Assembly (NCBI GenBank): GCA_036785375.1
Contig: JAWMAR010000070.1
Location: forward strand, 3,968,001-4,032,000
From: Leucoraja ocellata
Taxonomy: Eukaryota
Direction of reading: 5' to 3'
DNA: 64,000 bases
Of the stretch, positions 21,601-32,723 are shown in pieces; the stretch's first letter is position 1, and every line of letters begins with the position of its first letter. Made by a program: the position numbers and the translations under genes. The notes under the pieces were generated by a model. That model worked only from the letters and a program-made list of their open reading frames with translations, searched no databases and was not told the DNA's origin.

Positions 21601-24600
21601 CTCTGGCTAAGATACAGAGATGGCGGATATTGGCGATTTTCAGATGTTCACTCAGTGTCTGACTGTTTGCTCCTTTCCCACAGAACCCGTGTCTGTTCCT
21701 GTGCTTGGATTTCTGTCACCAGCCGATGTCTCCTGTCTCGGGGGCTCAGTGACAGTGTCCTGTGAGTCGGTCCGGGGATCGCTTCCCATTAGCTACACCT
21801 GGTATGAAAATACCCCATCTGGGGATTCAAAGATCTCAGACAACAATGCCCTGGATCTACATTGTCAATCCTTCAAACACCAGCACCATCAATATTCTTG
21901 CACAGCCTCAAATAATAATGGATCCAAATCCAGTGAAATGGTCAACGTGTCCATCTCCAGCAGTGACGTTCCCTGTAGTTTCCTAGTGAAAATCAACGGC
22001 ACTGGTAAGTAGTGGAGGGAATGAGGAGAAGAAGGGGAAAGTGGGGGCGGGGTGTTTCATAAGATCACGTGATAGAAGCAGAAATAGACCATTCACTCAT
22101 GGCTGATCTATCTCCCCCTCTTCACCCCATTCTCCTGCCTTTGCCACATAACCCCCGACGCCCTGAAATCCATGCACGTTATTTAAATGAAGGAATTATG
22201 GCCCATTTGTCAATACTTGTTTGCTGGGCTCCAGACATAGATTTCCCAGTGCTGGTGTAGACCAGCTTCTCGGCTAGAACTTCCTCTTATGTTTACACTG
22301 CTTTAAACTGGGTTTGCAGTGACATCAGCCCAAGCACTTTCACTTTCCCACCATCATCGCCACATGACCGACACTCAAATATGGGAAGGGAACAGAAACT
22401 AGCAGTAAATGTGGCCACAGTTAACTCGTGGACGACGGTATCAGATTTGGTCCACTGTGTTAATGTTGACCATTCAGTACCATCGATACAATCCCATTTA
22501 CCAGCACCTCGTCCATTGTGACAATTCAGGCACCTCAATTTTCTGCGTTTAAAAATATGTCTTGAGACCCTTGAAGCATCCTGCTCCTGAACCTAACCAT
22601 ATGTTCTCCACATTTACACATGTCTGCCGTGCAAATTTTTCTAAAAATACAATCTTTGCAGCTCACAGTTTTGCACACCTGTAATAGGTCCCCCATTCCT
22701 CACCTGTTCTGCATGGACTTTTATAAAGCCCCTTCCAACCCCTCCCCATAACTGTAATGTTTCATCCCAAGCAATATTCCTCTCAAGTGAAATTGCACTC
22801 TTTAGATTACATTATGGATACAGGTTTGAAACAGGCTCATCGGCCCACTGAGTGCACACAGCCCAGTATTCACCAATAGACTAGTTCCATAGGGACAATT
22901 TACAGAAGCCAATTAACCTACAAACCTGCACGACTTTGGAACGCTGGGGGAAACTGGAGTACTTGAAGAAACCCACGCGATCACAGGTAGGAGGGCCAAA
23001 TTCGGTATAGACAGCATCCGTAGTCAGGATCAAACCTGGGTCTCTGGCCCTGGAAGGCAGCAACTCCACCGCTGCGGCACCGTGCCGTCTACAGAGCCAA
23101 CGTGGTTAAAAGCATTCCTGCTTATCATGACAACATCTCCCATCTGCTGCAAATCGGAAAATCATACCTCCTTGCTCAACTGCAAGTGAAAAGCAGTGAA
23201 ACTGGATTTTATTTCCTTGTTCCAACAGGTCATGAATATTCTTGTGAAAATTCGATAACATCCAATTACTCTGCAAGGTAAACCGCTCTGTTTCCAATGA
23301 AAATTGCATGTACTAATTGCTGGTGTTTTGATTGGGAATGCTTTAATTGGGGGGAAGTTGTGCCTTCCTTTCACTGGCATTAAATGCGTGAGAGTGAGAA
23401 TGCATGATCTGAATGCACAGTGGCAAAGCCTATAGAAACACAGTCTCGCAACGCCACGACATAGGTTTAATGGGTGTTGTCTGTGTGTGATATGCATGTT
23501 TTGCCTTTAATTGTGTAGGTTTCATTCAGTTTCCTCCCAGCTCCCAAAGATGTGCCAGTTGTAAATTGTCCCATGTGTACAGGAGAGTGGCTGAATCTGT
23601 GAAGAATGGGTGGGGTGGGGGAGGGGGCAGGGGGTGGGTGGGGGTGGGGTGTGGTAGTTGATGAGAAAGTGGGGGAAATAAAAATAGGATTGACACAGGA
23701 ATCATGTGAATGCAGTTGACGGAAATAGCCTGTTTCTATACTGTGTTTCTCTATGGGTCTTTGATCCAATGAACCTAAATGTCACGAAGCACAATTGTTG
23801 TACAAGTTTCAAGCCTGACACCAAATATAAACGTATCTATTAAATATTATTTAATACAATAAATATAACTTGCAAACCAGTTATTAGTTAACTCATCAGA
23901 AGGGGAATCGCACTGGTTTACATCTCATTGTGTTGTGTACATGCTTGGATGATAAGAACAAGTTCCTCCATTTGATGCTTTTCAGAGAGCGCTCCCTGCA
24001 GTATTCAACATGACTGCTCCATCACTCACCTCATCCCATGCTGTGAGATTAATATAGTTCCCAAACCTTAGTCTTCCAGTTTAGCTTTGCTGTGAATTCC
24101 TCTTGTGTGGTGCTGATAGGAAAATGCTTTATGAATGATGGGCTACGCCACACTCCCCATGATATCACTTGTGGCAACACCTTGTCATTGATGGGGCCAT
24201 ACACCAGAAAGTCGCTGGCGCAGAATGTCAGAAAATTGTCTTGAATCAGACCGAATACAGCAAAATGAGTTAACTGACTCTCTCTTACTCGTTGATAATT
24301 GAAATCATTAAACATTCAATCATAATATATTCATGAAAATGAGAACACTTTGTTATTTATCTTAATACAATTGAAATATATCTGACTTTCTATCACACTC
24401 TTGTGTTATACTTGCGTTAGCAAATGTTCATGAAAGCCACGCCGTTATGAGCGAATCTTTAACCGATTTTTCGAACACAATTCCTCCATCCACACACCTA
24501 CCGCGTTGATCCACGAAGTATCCAGGGCGTGACATTAAGCACAATCATTTTAAATTTTATTTTATTAATTGGCCTCATCTGTTTCCATTTTTGTTGCCCA

Positions 24601-27600
24601 TCTCCCTTCCATTATTGGAATTGATCCGTTTTTATTATTCCTATCCCAATGGATTTTATTATAAACTTCCTTGCAGCTGCATTTTATTTCTTCCAGGGTA
24701 TCACACTGTTCTTTGTATCCTTCCACATCCACAGTTTCCCTCTCCCGTGACTCTCAGTCTGAAGAAGGGTCTCGACCCGGAACTTCGCGCATTCGTTCTC
24801 TCCAGAGAGATGCTGCCACTCCCGCTGTTTCTCCAACATTTTGTGTCCATCTGTTTTGTATTCACTGCCCCAACTCATTGTATTCCACTGCCCCGACTCA
24901 TGACTTATTTAGTCTGAAGAAGGGTTTCGGCCCGAAACGTTGCCTATTTCCTTCGCTCCATAGATGCTGCTGCACCCGCTGAGTTTCTCCAGCTTTTTTG
25001 TGTAATCTCGTGATTTATTTATATGTCTTGTCTGAATCCATTTAACCGCGTAGTCTCTCATTCCCAGTCTTGTAGCCATGCCCCAGCAATGACGTCAACA
25101 ATTGGTGATCATATGTTGTCCCCCCCGCCTCCCCACAGTCCAACACCCGTTCTTTTACAAAGATGGTCTCCACTGACGCTGCCGCTTCGCCCCGCTCCAC
25201 TTCACCAAGATTACGAAGCAAATAACAGGTAAATGATGCAAAGATTAACCGTCTCGTTTCCTCCCATTGACTCTGTATTTCTTGACCTTTGCCCAGTTAC
25301 ATCTCATGGAAAGTGGGGCGCTGGATGTTCTTTCTCCTGCTTGTGATCTGGAGTATCTCAACCGCGGTGTTCGCAAGAGGCTCAAAGGTAGGGTTTACTG
25401 TCATCATGTTCATAAATTATAGGAGCAGAATTAGGCCATAGAAACATAGAAAATAGGTGCAGGAGTAGGCCATTCGGACCTTCGAGTCTGCACCGCCATT
25501 CAATATGATCATGGCTGATCATCCAACTCAGTATCCTGTACCTGCCTTCTCTCCATACCCCCTGATCCCTTTAGCCACAAGGGCCACATCTAACTCCCTC
25601 TTAAATATAGCCAATGAACTGGCCTCAACTACCTTCTGCGGCAGAGAATTCCAGAGATTCACCACTCTCTGTGTGAAAAAGGTTTTCCTCATCTCAGTCA
25701 TACAAGATTTCCCCCTTACCTTTAAACTGTGACCCCTTGTTCTGGACTTCCCCAACATCGGGAACAATCTTCCTGCATCTAGCCTATCCAACCGCTTAAG
25801 AATTTTGTAAGTTTCTATAAGATCCCCCCTCAAACTTCTAAATTCTAGCGAGTACAAACCGAGTCTATCCAGTCTTTCTTCATATGAAAGCCCTGACATC
25901 CCAGGAATCAGTCTGGTGAACCTTCTCTGTACTCCCTCTATGGCAAGAATGTCTTTCCTCAGATTAGGAAACCAAAACTGTACGCAATACTCCAGGTGTG
26001 GTCTCACCAAGACCCTATACAACTGCAGTAGAACCTCCCTGCTCCTATACTCAAATCCTTTTGCTATGAATGCTAACATACCATTCGCCTTCTTCACTGC
26101 CTGCTGCGCCTGCCTGCTTACTTTTAATGACTGGTGTACCATGACACCCAGGTCTCGTTCCATCTCTCCCTTTCCTAATCGGCCACCATTCAGATATAAG
26201 TCTACTTTCCTGTTTTTGCCACCAAAGTGGATAACCTCACATTTATCCACATTATACTGCATCTGCCATGCATTTGCCCACTCACCGAGCCTATCCAAGT
26301 CACCTTGCAGCCTCCTAGCATCCTCCTCACAGCTAACACTGCTCCCCAGCTTCGTGTCATCCGCAAACTTGGAGATGTTGCATTCAATCCGCTCGTCCAA
26401 ATCAATAATATATATCGTAAATAGCTGGGGTCCCATCACTGAGCCTTGCGGCACCCCACTAGTCACTGCCTGCCATTGTGAAAAGGACCCGTTTACTCCT
26501 ACTCTTCCTGTCTGCCAGCCAGTTCTCTATCCACATCAACTAACACATCTAATCATAGACTAACTGGTCTGTAATACCCCGTTTTCTCTCTCCCTCCCTT
26601 TTTAAAAAGTGGGGTTACATTAGCTACCCTCCAATCCTCAGGAACTACTCCAGAATCTAAAGGGTTTGAAAAATTATCACTAATGCATCCACTATTTCTG
26701 GGGCTACTTCCTTAAGTACTCTGAGGTGCAGCCTATCTGGCCCTGGGGATTTATCGGGCTTTAATCCATTCAATTTACCTAACACCACTTCCCGGCTATC
26801 CTGGATTTCACTCAGTTCCTCCATCTCATTTGACCCCCGGTCCCCGGCTATTTCCGGCAAATTATTTATGTCTTCCTTAGTGAAGACAGAACCAAAGTAG
26901 TTATTCAATTGGTCTGCCATGTCCTTCTTCCCCATGATCAATTCACCTGTTTCTGACTGCAAGGGACCTACTTTTGATTTAACGATTCTTTTTCTCTTCA
27001 CATATCTATAAAAGCTTTTGCAGTCAGTTTTTATGTTCCCTGCCAGTTTTCTTTCATAATCTATTTTTCCCTTTCCTAATTAAGCCGTTTGTCCTCCTCT
27101 GCTGGTCTCTGAATTTCTCCCAGTCCTCTGGTAGGCTGCATTTTCTGGCTAATTTGTACGCTTCATCTTTTGTTTTGATACGATCCCTGATTTCCCTTGT
27201 TATCCACGGATGCACTACCTTCCCTGATTTATTTTTTTGCCAAACTGAGATGAACAATTGTTGTAGTTCATCCATGCAGTCTTTAAATGCCTTCCATTGC
27301 ATATCCACCGTCAACCCATTAAGAATCAATTGCCAGTCTATCTTGGCCAATTCACGTCTCGTACCCTCAAAGTTACCTTTCTTTAAGTTCAGGACCCTTG
27401 TTTCTGGATTAACAATGCCACTTTCCATCCTAATGAAGAACCCAACCATATTATGGTCACTCTTGCCCAAGGGGCCACGCACAACAAGATTTCTAACTAA
27501 CCCTTCCTCATTACTCAATACCCAGTCTAGAATAGCCTGCTCTCCCGTTGGTTCCTCTACATGTTGGTTTATAAAACTATCCCGCATACATTCCAAGAAA

Positions 27601-28262
27601 TCCTCTCCCTCCATTCAGCTCATCATATCTAATCGGCCCCCAATCACGGCTGATCTATCCTTCTCACTCGATCCCATTCACATGCCTTCTCCCCATAACC
27701 ATTGACATCCTTATTTATCAAGAAAATGAAAATCTCCGCCTTAAAAATATCAATTAATTTGGACAGATACAAAAATGCTGGGGTAGCTCAGCGGGCCAGG
27801 CAGCATCTCCGGTGTGAATTAACTTTGCCTCCACAGCCTCCTGTGGCAATGAAATCCATAGATTTACCAGAAGGGATTCGCACAAAGCAATCCCTTCTCT
27901 TCGCCGAATGTGTCCAAACGGTTTCCATTAATGCTTTCATATATCCTGTCCATCGATAGAAACAGAAATCGTGCACGTTTTCATATCCTGAAGTTAAACC
28001 AAATCTCTATGTAAATGATATCACGAGGTTTTGTCACGTTGTACGCGTGCAGGGTGGATTTCTGTACCCGGTGTGGGTTCGTTGGCAGTGGATTAGCTAA
28101 TTCGTGGATTAGCATCTTGCAGGCAGCAATGTGTTGGGAGCGGTCGGGTTAAATAAAGCGTGGTTCCCACTGTCAGAGAGTCTTCACATTTGACTTCACA
28201 TTTGTCTTTTGCAGAGACGCGATGACACAGAACCTCGCCACTCGACCCACGAATTACAATGA
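12648..28262 (+). CDS. Gene B (spliced): complete six-Ig-domain CD300/pIgR-like (MDIR-type) membrane receptor L-V-V-V-C-V-C-stalk-TM-tail, ~713 aa if all listed exons are joined
   Basis: Ten phase-compatible exons sum to 2142 nt, open from ATG 12648 to TGA 28262. Confidence 0.8.
14172..14346. other. Assembly gap (175 N)
   Basis: Run of n; paralogs hold an (AAT)n microsatellite here. Confidence 0.98.
14172..14930 (-). mobile_element. L2-clade LINE 3' fragment with (TAT)n tail (paralogs 32645-33281, 55868-56530)
   Basis: LQCIQNSAARIIT..HITPILTQLHWLPV..SAPRLWNTLP..FKSQLKTHLF; absent from the duplicated segment upstream of V2. Confidence 0.8.
15004..15324 (+). CDS. Gene B, V1 exon
   Basis: cctcag| acceptor, GACG|gtacgt donor; IDCYY..KYWCRGRSLQC..DTGWYRCG. 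Confidence 0.88.
15929..16249 (+). CDS. Gene B, V2 exon
   Basis: cttcag| acceptor, GACG|gtacgt donor; KYWCRVQNRQC..DTGWYRCG. Confidence 0.88.
16285..16697 (-). mobile_element. Old CR1 RT fragment in V2-V3 intron (paralogs ~33927-34341, ~57882-58298)
   Basis: SQHGFMKGKSCLTNLLEFFEE; YLDFKKSFDKVPH in the paralogs. Confidence 0.85.
17247..17561 (+). CDS. Gene B, V3 exon (second acceptor; upstream AG is AC in this copy)
   Basis: cctcactttcag|ATGCA; GACG|gtacgt; KYWCRGRNHPC..DTGWYSCG. Confidence 0.85.
17860..18217 (+). mobile_element. Penelope-like element fragment (degenerate GIY-YIG endonuclease); longer paralog ~59500-60260
   Basis: QRFTCISSNLIYYIRCSRC resembles the start of a PLE GIY-YIG domain. 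Confidence 0.6.
18633..18953 (+). CDS. Gene B, first C2-type Ig exon
   Basis: cccacag| acceptor, GCAG|gtgagt donor; CESVRGSLPIHYTW..YYCRASN. Confidence 0.9.
20161..20478 (+). CDS. Gene B, V4 exon
   Basis: ccttcag| acceptor, GAAG|gtaggt donor; KYWCRETSRQC. Confidence 0.9.
21684..22004 (+). CDS. Gene B, membrane-proximal C2-type Ig exon
   Basis: cccacag| acceptor, ACTG|gtaagt donor; CESVRGSLPISYTW..YSCTASN. Confidence 0.9.
23229..23277 (+). CDS. Gene B, stalk exon (GHEYSCENSITSNYSA)
   Basis: ccaacag| acceptor, AAG|gtaaac donor; 49 nt as in paralogs. Confidence 0.7.
25297..25387 (+). CDS. Gene B, transmembrane exon (YISWKVGRWMFFLLLVIWSISTAVFARGSK)
   Basis: gcccag| acceptor, AAG|gtaggg donor; hydrophobic helix. 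Confidence 0.8.
25437..27611 (-). mobile_element. 5'-truncated, internally deleted CR1 LINE in the last intron of gene B
   Basis: RT SGVPQGS/FADD; catagaaa tail; absent in A (7560) and C (49810). Confidence 0.92.
28215..28262 (+). CDS. Gene B, terminal coding exon
   Basis: ttttgcag|AGACGC..TGA; same peptide as gene A. Confidence 0.65.
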   Translation, partial: RRDDTEPRHSTHELQ

Positions 28263-31098
28263 AGACTGCTAGCTTGCACCTTCTTAATTTTTGCCACCTC
28301 TTCCAAGGTTTCTTTCGTCAGCTTCGAACTATTGTTTTAACCTTTGCGTGGTTTCTGCTGCTTTAGAGTTTTATACCATGTTAAACTATATTATATGCAT
28401 ACAATTTCCTGGATTTTGTTTCACAGATTAATGAATAATAATGCAACAGAATGCTTCTTAATAAATGGTTGTTGTCAATAAACGGTTTGTCTAATTTGTT
28501 TTGATTAGACCGCTGGATATTCCTCTTGTTGCCAAACATTAAAGGCAATTAGGGAAGACATTCAATTGATCGTTTCGCTGAACACCTCCATTGAGTCCGC
28601 CCCTACCTGATAACCCGGTCGCTAGCCACGGTAACTCCCCCCTCCCATTCCCACACTGACATTACTGTCCTGGGCATCCTCCATTGTCAGAGTAAGTTGC
28701 CGCACAAATTTGAGAAACTGCACCTCATATTTCGCTTGGGCTGGTTATACCCCAGCGGTGTGAACGTTGACTTCTCTAACTTCAAGTAACCCTTGCATTC
28801 CCTCTCAATCCAACACCCCCCCCCCAATTGGCATGTTATAAATTTGTACGTTCTCCCCATAACACCGTGTTTTCTCCGAGATCTCCAAGGACGTACATGT
28901 CGGTTGGTTTATTGGCTTGCTATAAATGTAAATCGTCCCCAGTGTGCGTGGGGTCGTGTAATGTGCAGGGATTGCTGGTCAGTGTGGACTCGGTGGGCCG
29001 AAGGGCCGTTTTCTTCGCTGTATCTCCAAACTAAGCTAAACTAAACCAAACTAAACTAGTGGAACGTCTATTCTTGTGCAGAACAAAATGGTTGAGTTGC
29101 AGCTTGCAAAGCGCGGGGTGTGAAACTGCAAATACATTGTGTTGCTTTCCTTAGTCTGACTCGTGACTGTAGCCCCGCCCATGAAAGAACTTTGAGGGAT
29201 GTTATTTGCGAATAAAAAATGGTGACCTGCAATAACAGAGTAAACGCCATAAACTTCGGAAAGATTCAAAGATTGCTAAAATGTCCCACTGACAAAGATA
29301 CATATTCTCCACACAGTAAGCGGAGAGACACGGAAATGAGACCAGAGACTGATTTGAACTCACAAACCCCCCAGGTCAGGGATACCAGAGGGGTGCTGAA
29401 TAGCCAGAGATACTTGCAGATTCTGTGGTCACGTTGATGCTGCCTGGCCCGTTCAAATTGAGCGTGTTAATGGTCTAATGGGAGGAATGATCTTGAGTTG
29501 GATCATTTCCCCACTGCAGGACATCCCAAAGTGCCTCTCGGATAATGAGAGATAAATGGTCTGAGATGCCACAGATATACACAAAATACTGGAGCAACTC
29601 CGCGGGAAGGGCGGCATCACTAGAGGGAAAGAACGGGTGGCATTTCGGGTCGATGCCACTGTTGTGTTTAGCGGTGAGTGCTGACTTGCAATGTACTTGA
29701 ATCTAATATGATCAAACATTCATTTCTCCCTTTACACTGAATTGTTCTGCAGTGCTGACACTTTGCTCGCGCTGCTGAAACAAGAGTGTGTAGGTTCGTA
29801 TCTCTGAACCGCATCTTGCGAGCAGCTCGGTGTAACACTGATTGCTGAGCAGTGTTTGCAGAAGTCATGGGTCAATGGCGAATGAAGACAGGATTAAATT
29901 GTTTTACTGCATCGTCGGTTCCCCTCTGCAGTGTTTTTAGTTGGGCAAGTAAACAGGAAATAACTCCGAACAAAAGATCATTTACTGAGGGTCACCAGCG
30001 CTCAGCTAACATCAGTGGCGGACACATCAGTGTGTTACACCCATACCACGTGATACACAACAATGCCATTGACGTACACAACCCGAATAAACTGTACTGT
30101 TCCCCTGAAAGTAATACATCCAGAACGATAGCCCGCAGCAGATATTAAGTCATATTATAATGCAACTAGTTGCCTACAGAATGAAATCGTTGCAAGCAGA
30201 TGTACAAAATCAACCAATGGAATGTTACACAACTCTGATAATTTATTAGCACGTGAAGAAGACAAGTTAACAATTCAATTCACCGTGCATATTCTACCTT
30301 GCTTTAACTTCACTAAGTGTATCACTTCAGCAATATGCCAAAACAAAAGTTCCATGTTTTTGGTCTGCCGGTCCACTTACAAAATCATCAAATGGGAATG
30401 ATCCGGAAGTGTACACATCTTAGACGTTTTTACTCTTCTTTTTTTGTTTTGTTTTTTTGTTTATTTTATTAGAAGTTAATACAGTACAAAACAGTACAAT
30501 GGAACCTAATTTTTACTCTTCTAAATGTCATATTTTATACAACGTATCATTGTTTACACGAAGGGTCCCGACCCGAAACGTCATCTATCCATTTTCTCCA
30601 GAGGTGCTGACGGGCCCGCAGAGTTGCCCCTGCATTTTTTTTGTCTGTCAATATTTCCACCACAGTTCAGTGTTAACAGACTCTGAGTACAGAGATAACC
30701 GCCGCTCCATCCTTACGGATACATCACACTTGACGAAGTGGCTGAAGCAGCTGCAATAACAACATGGAACGGGCATTTGGCCAGGTCCATGGATAGGGAA
30801 GGTTTGGGGAGATATGGGTCGAGCGTGGGCAAATTTAACTAACTTAGATGAGCATATTGGTCTAACGATTTGGGGAGAAGGGCCTGTTTCCGTGATCATC
30901 TGACCCAACCATTTGCTAAATATAACCCTGAGCCTTTCACACTACATCGTGTCGAGCTGCTACTGGCTCGCTGTGGTTCACGATCTGACTTCCTGTTCCC
31001 TTCTAAGTCATTGCTATTTGAGAGATGCGGTTGTATCTGAGAGCTCAGAGCTGAGCGACAGACAGACAAGTGCTGGTCTCGTCACTACGGATAAAACA

Positions 31099-31135
31099 AT
31101 GTGGATTCCCATTCTTCTCATCGCCTCGCTACCCG
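31099..31135 (+). CDS. Gene C, leader exon (MWIPILLIASLP)
   Basis: CCCG|gtgagt phase-1 donor. Confidence 0.8.
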
Positions 31136-32644
31136 GTGAGTGAAAGTCAGATCTTGATAATCCAATGATCAATGTTAGTTGGGGTCCTGTGCACCCTTTC
31201 CACAGCAGAGATGGTTAAGTGTGTGTAGACATGTAATGGGGGAAATGGAACTCAGTGCATTGTGGTGATGGATCTGAAATCACATTTGAATATCTAAACA
31301 ATGTTCGTAGTTTAACCACCGTTAACACGTGGTCTAATTGCATCCTGATGGTAGTTTATCGGCATAAAATAGCGAATGTATTTGGAGCAGATACTCCAAG
31401 ACACCTGGACCGAAGGACAGAGGTTCCAACATCACCAGGAAGTTAATTCTACACTAACAAAATGTGTTTACAACAGAGGTGGAAGTCAGGATTGTGGTCT
31501 CATTGTGTGAGTTCAAATATTCCCTGCATTTGTCCATCTCAACTCTGTCGTAAACCCAACAATTCCCCGGAGTCTTAGACTGAACCACTGTCCTCGCTCT
31601 ATCCACCCACCGCCAACTATCTCTCCATCCGCTATCGGTGCCGCCGCCCAGTCGTGCTGAAATTCAAGTTCAGTTTATTGTCGCGTGTACCGAGGTACAG
31701 AGAAAAGCTTTTTGTTGCATGCTAACCTGCCAGATACATGATTACAGTCGATCCCCTTACAGCGCATAGATACATGAATGGGAAATAACGTTTAGTGTAA
31801 GGTAAGGCCAGCAAAGTCCGATCAAGGGTAGTCCGAGGGTCACCAAAGAGGTAGATAGTTCAGCACTGCTCTCTGGTTATGGGAGGATGATTCGGATGTC
31901 TGATAACAGCTGGGAGGAAACTTTCCCCGAATCTGGCGGTGTGCGTTTTCACGCCAACAACGCTCTCCGGTAATGGACCCGCTTTATTGTATCTCGTCCG
32001 TCCTCTGTCCACAGTCAGGGCGTTGGAAAGCATTGGCGGCGGTGAATGTCTAAACACGGGTCGGCTTTCCGCGTCCGGGTGGGACTCGAGAAGGACCAGG
32101 CGCTGTCCACAGGCACCTGGGGGATTTCCGGGACATCTGGGCACCGCCTGCGGTTGAATACATCCTTGACAAGCATTGTAACATAGTTGTATAGTAGTGT
32201 ATTTAGTATATTTGTTTGTCTTGTATTATGGTGCTGGGTTCTTGTTTTATTGTAGTGTAAATATTATTTTTAATAATTGAATAAATTATTTGATAATTTA
32301 AAAAAAACACGGGTCCGGTCCAGTGTCGGTTGAGAGATGAATGTTGGCAGCGTAGCCGGCGGCACCGCCAATAAAATAGCAAAGTGGGGTCTTTCTGTGA
32401 GGTGAGAGGCCGGGCACCGCCTGGGATTGTTGAAAGGCAGCTCCTGCAACACTGCCGCGCACCCTCAGTACCGCACTGCGATCCCAGCCCAGTTTCTGCT
32501 CAGGGATCTGGACCCAAATTGTACTGAACCGGGGACAGAACACTGACACAACTGGTACAATAACAGCACTGCCTGCACTTCAGAGCGGAGACATTGGCCG
32601 TGAAGCAATATGACACATCATGGGATGATTTAAGTTTTCTTTCA

Positions 32645-32723
<79 letters not shown>

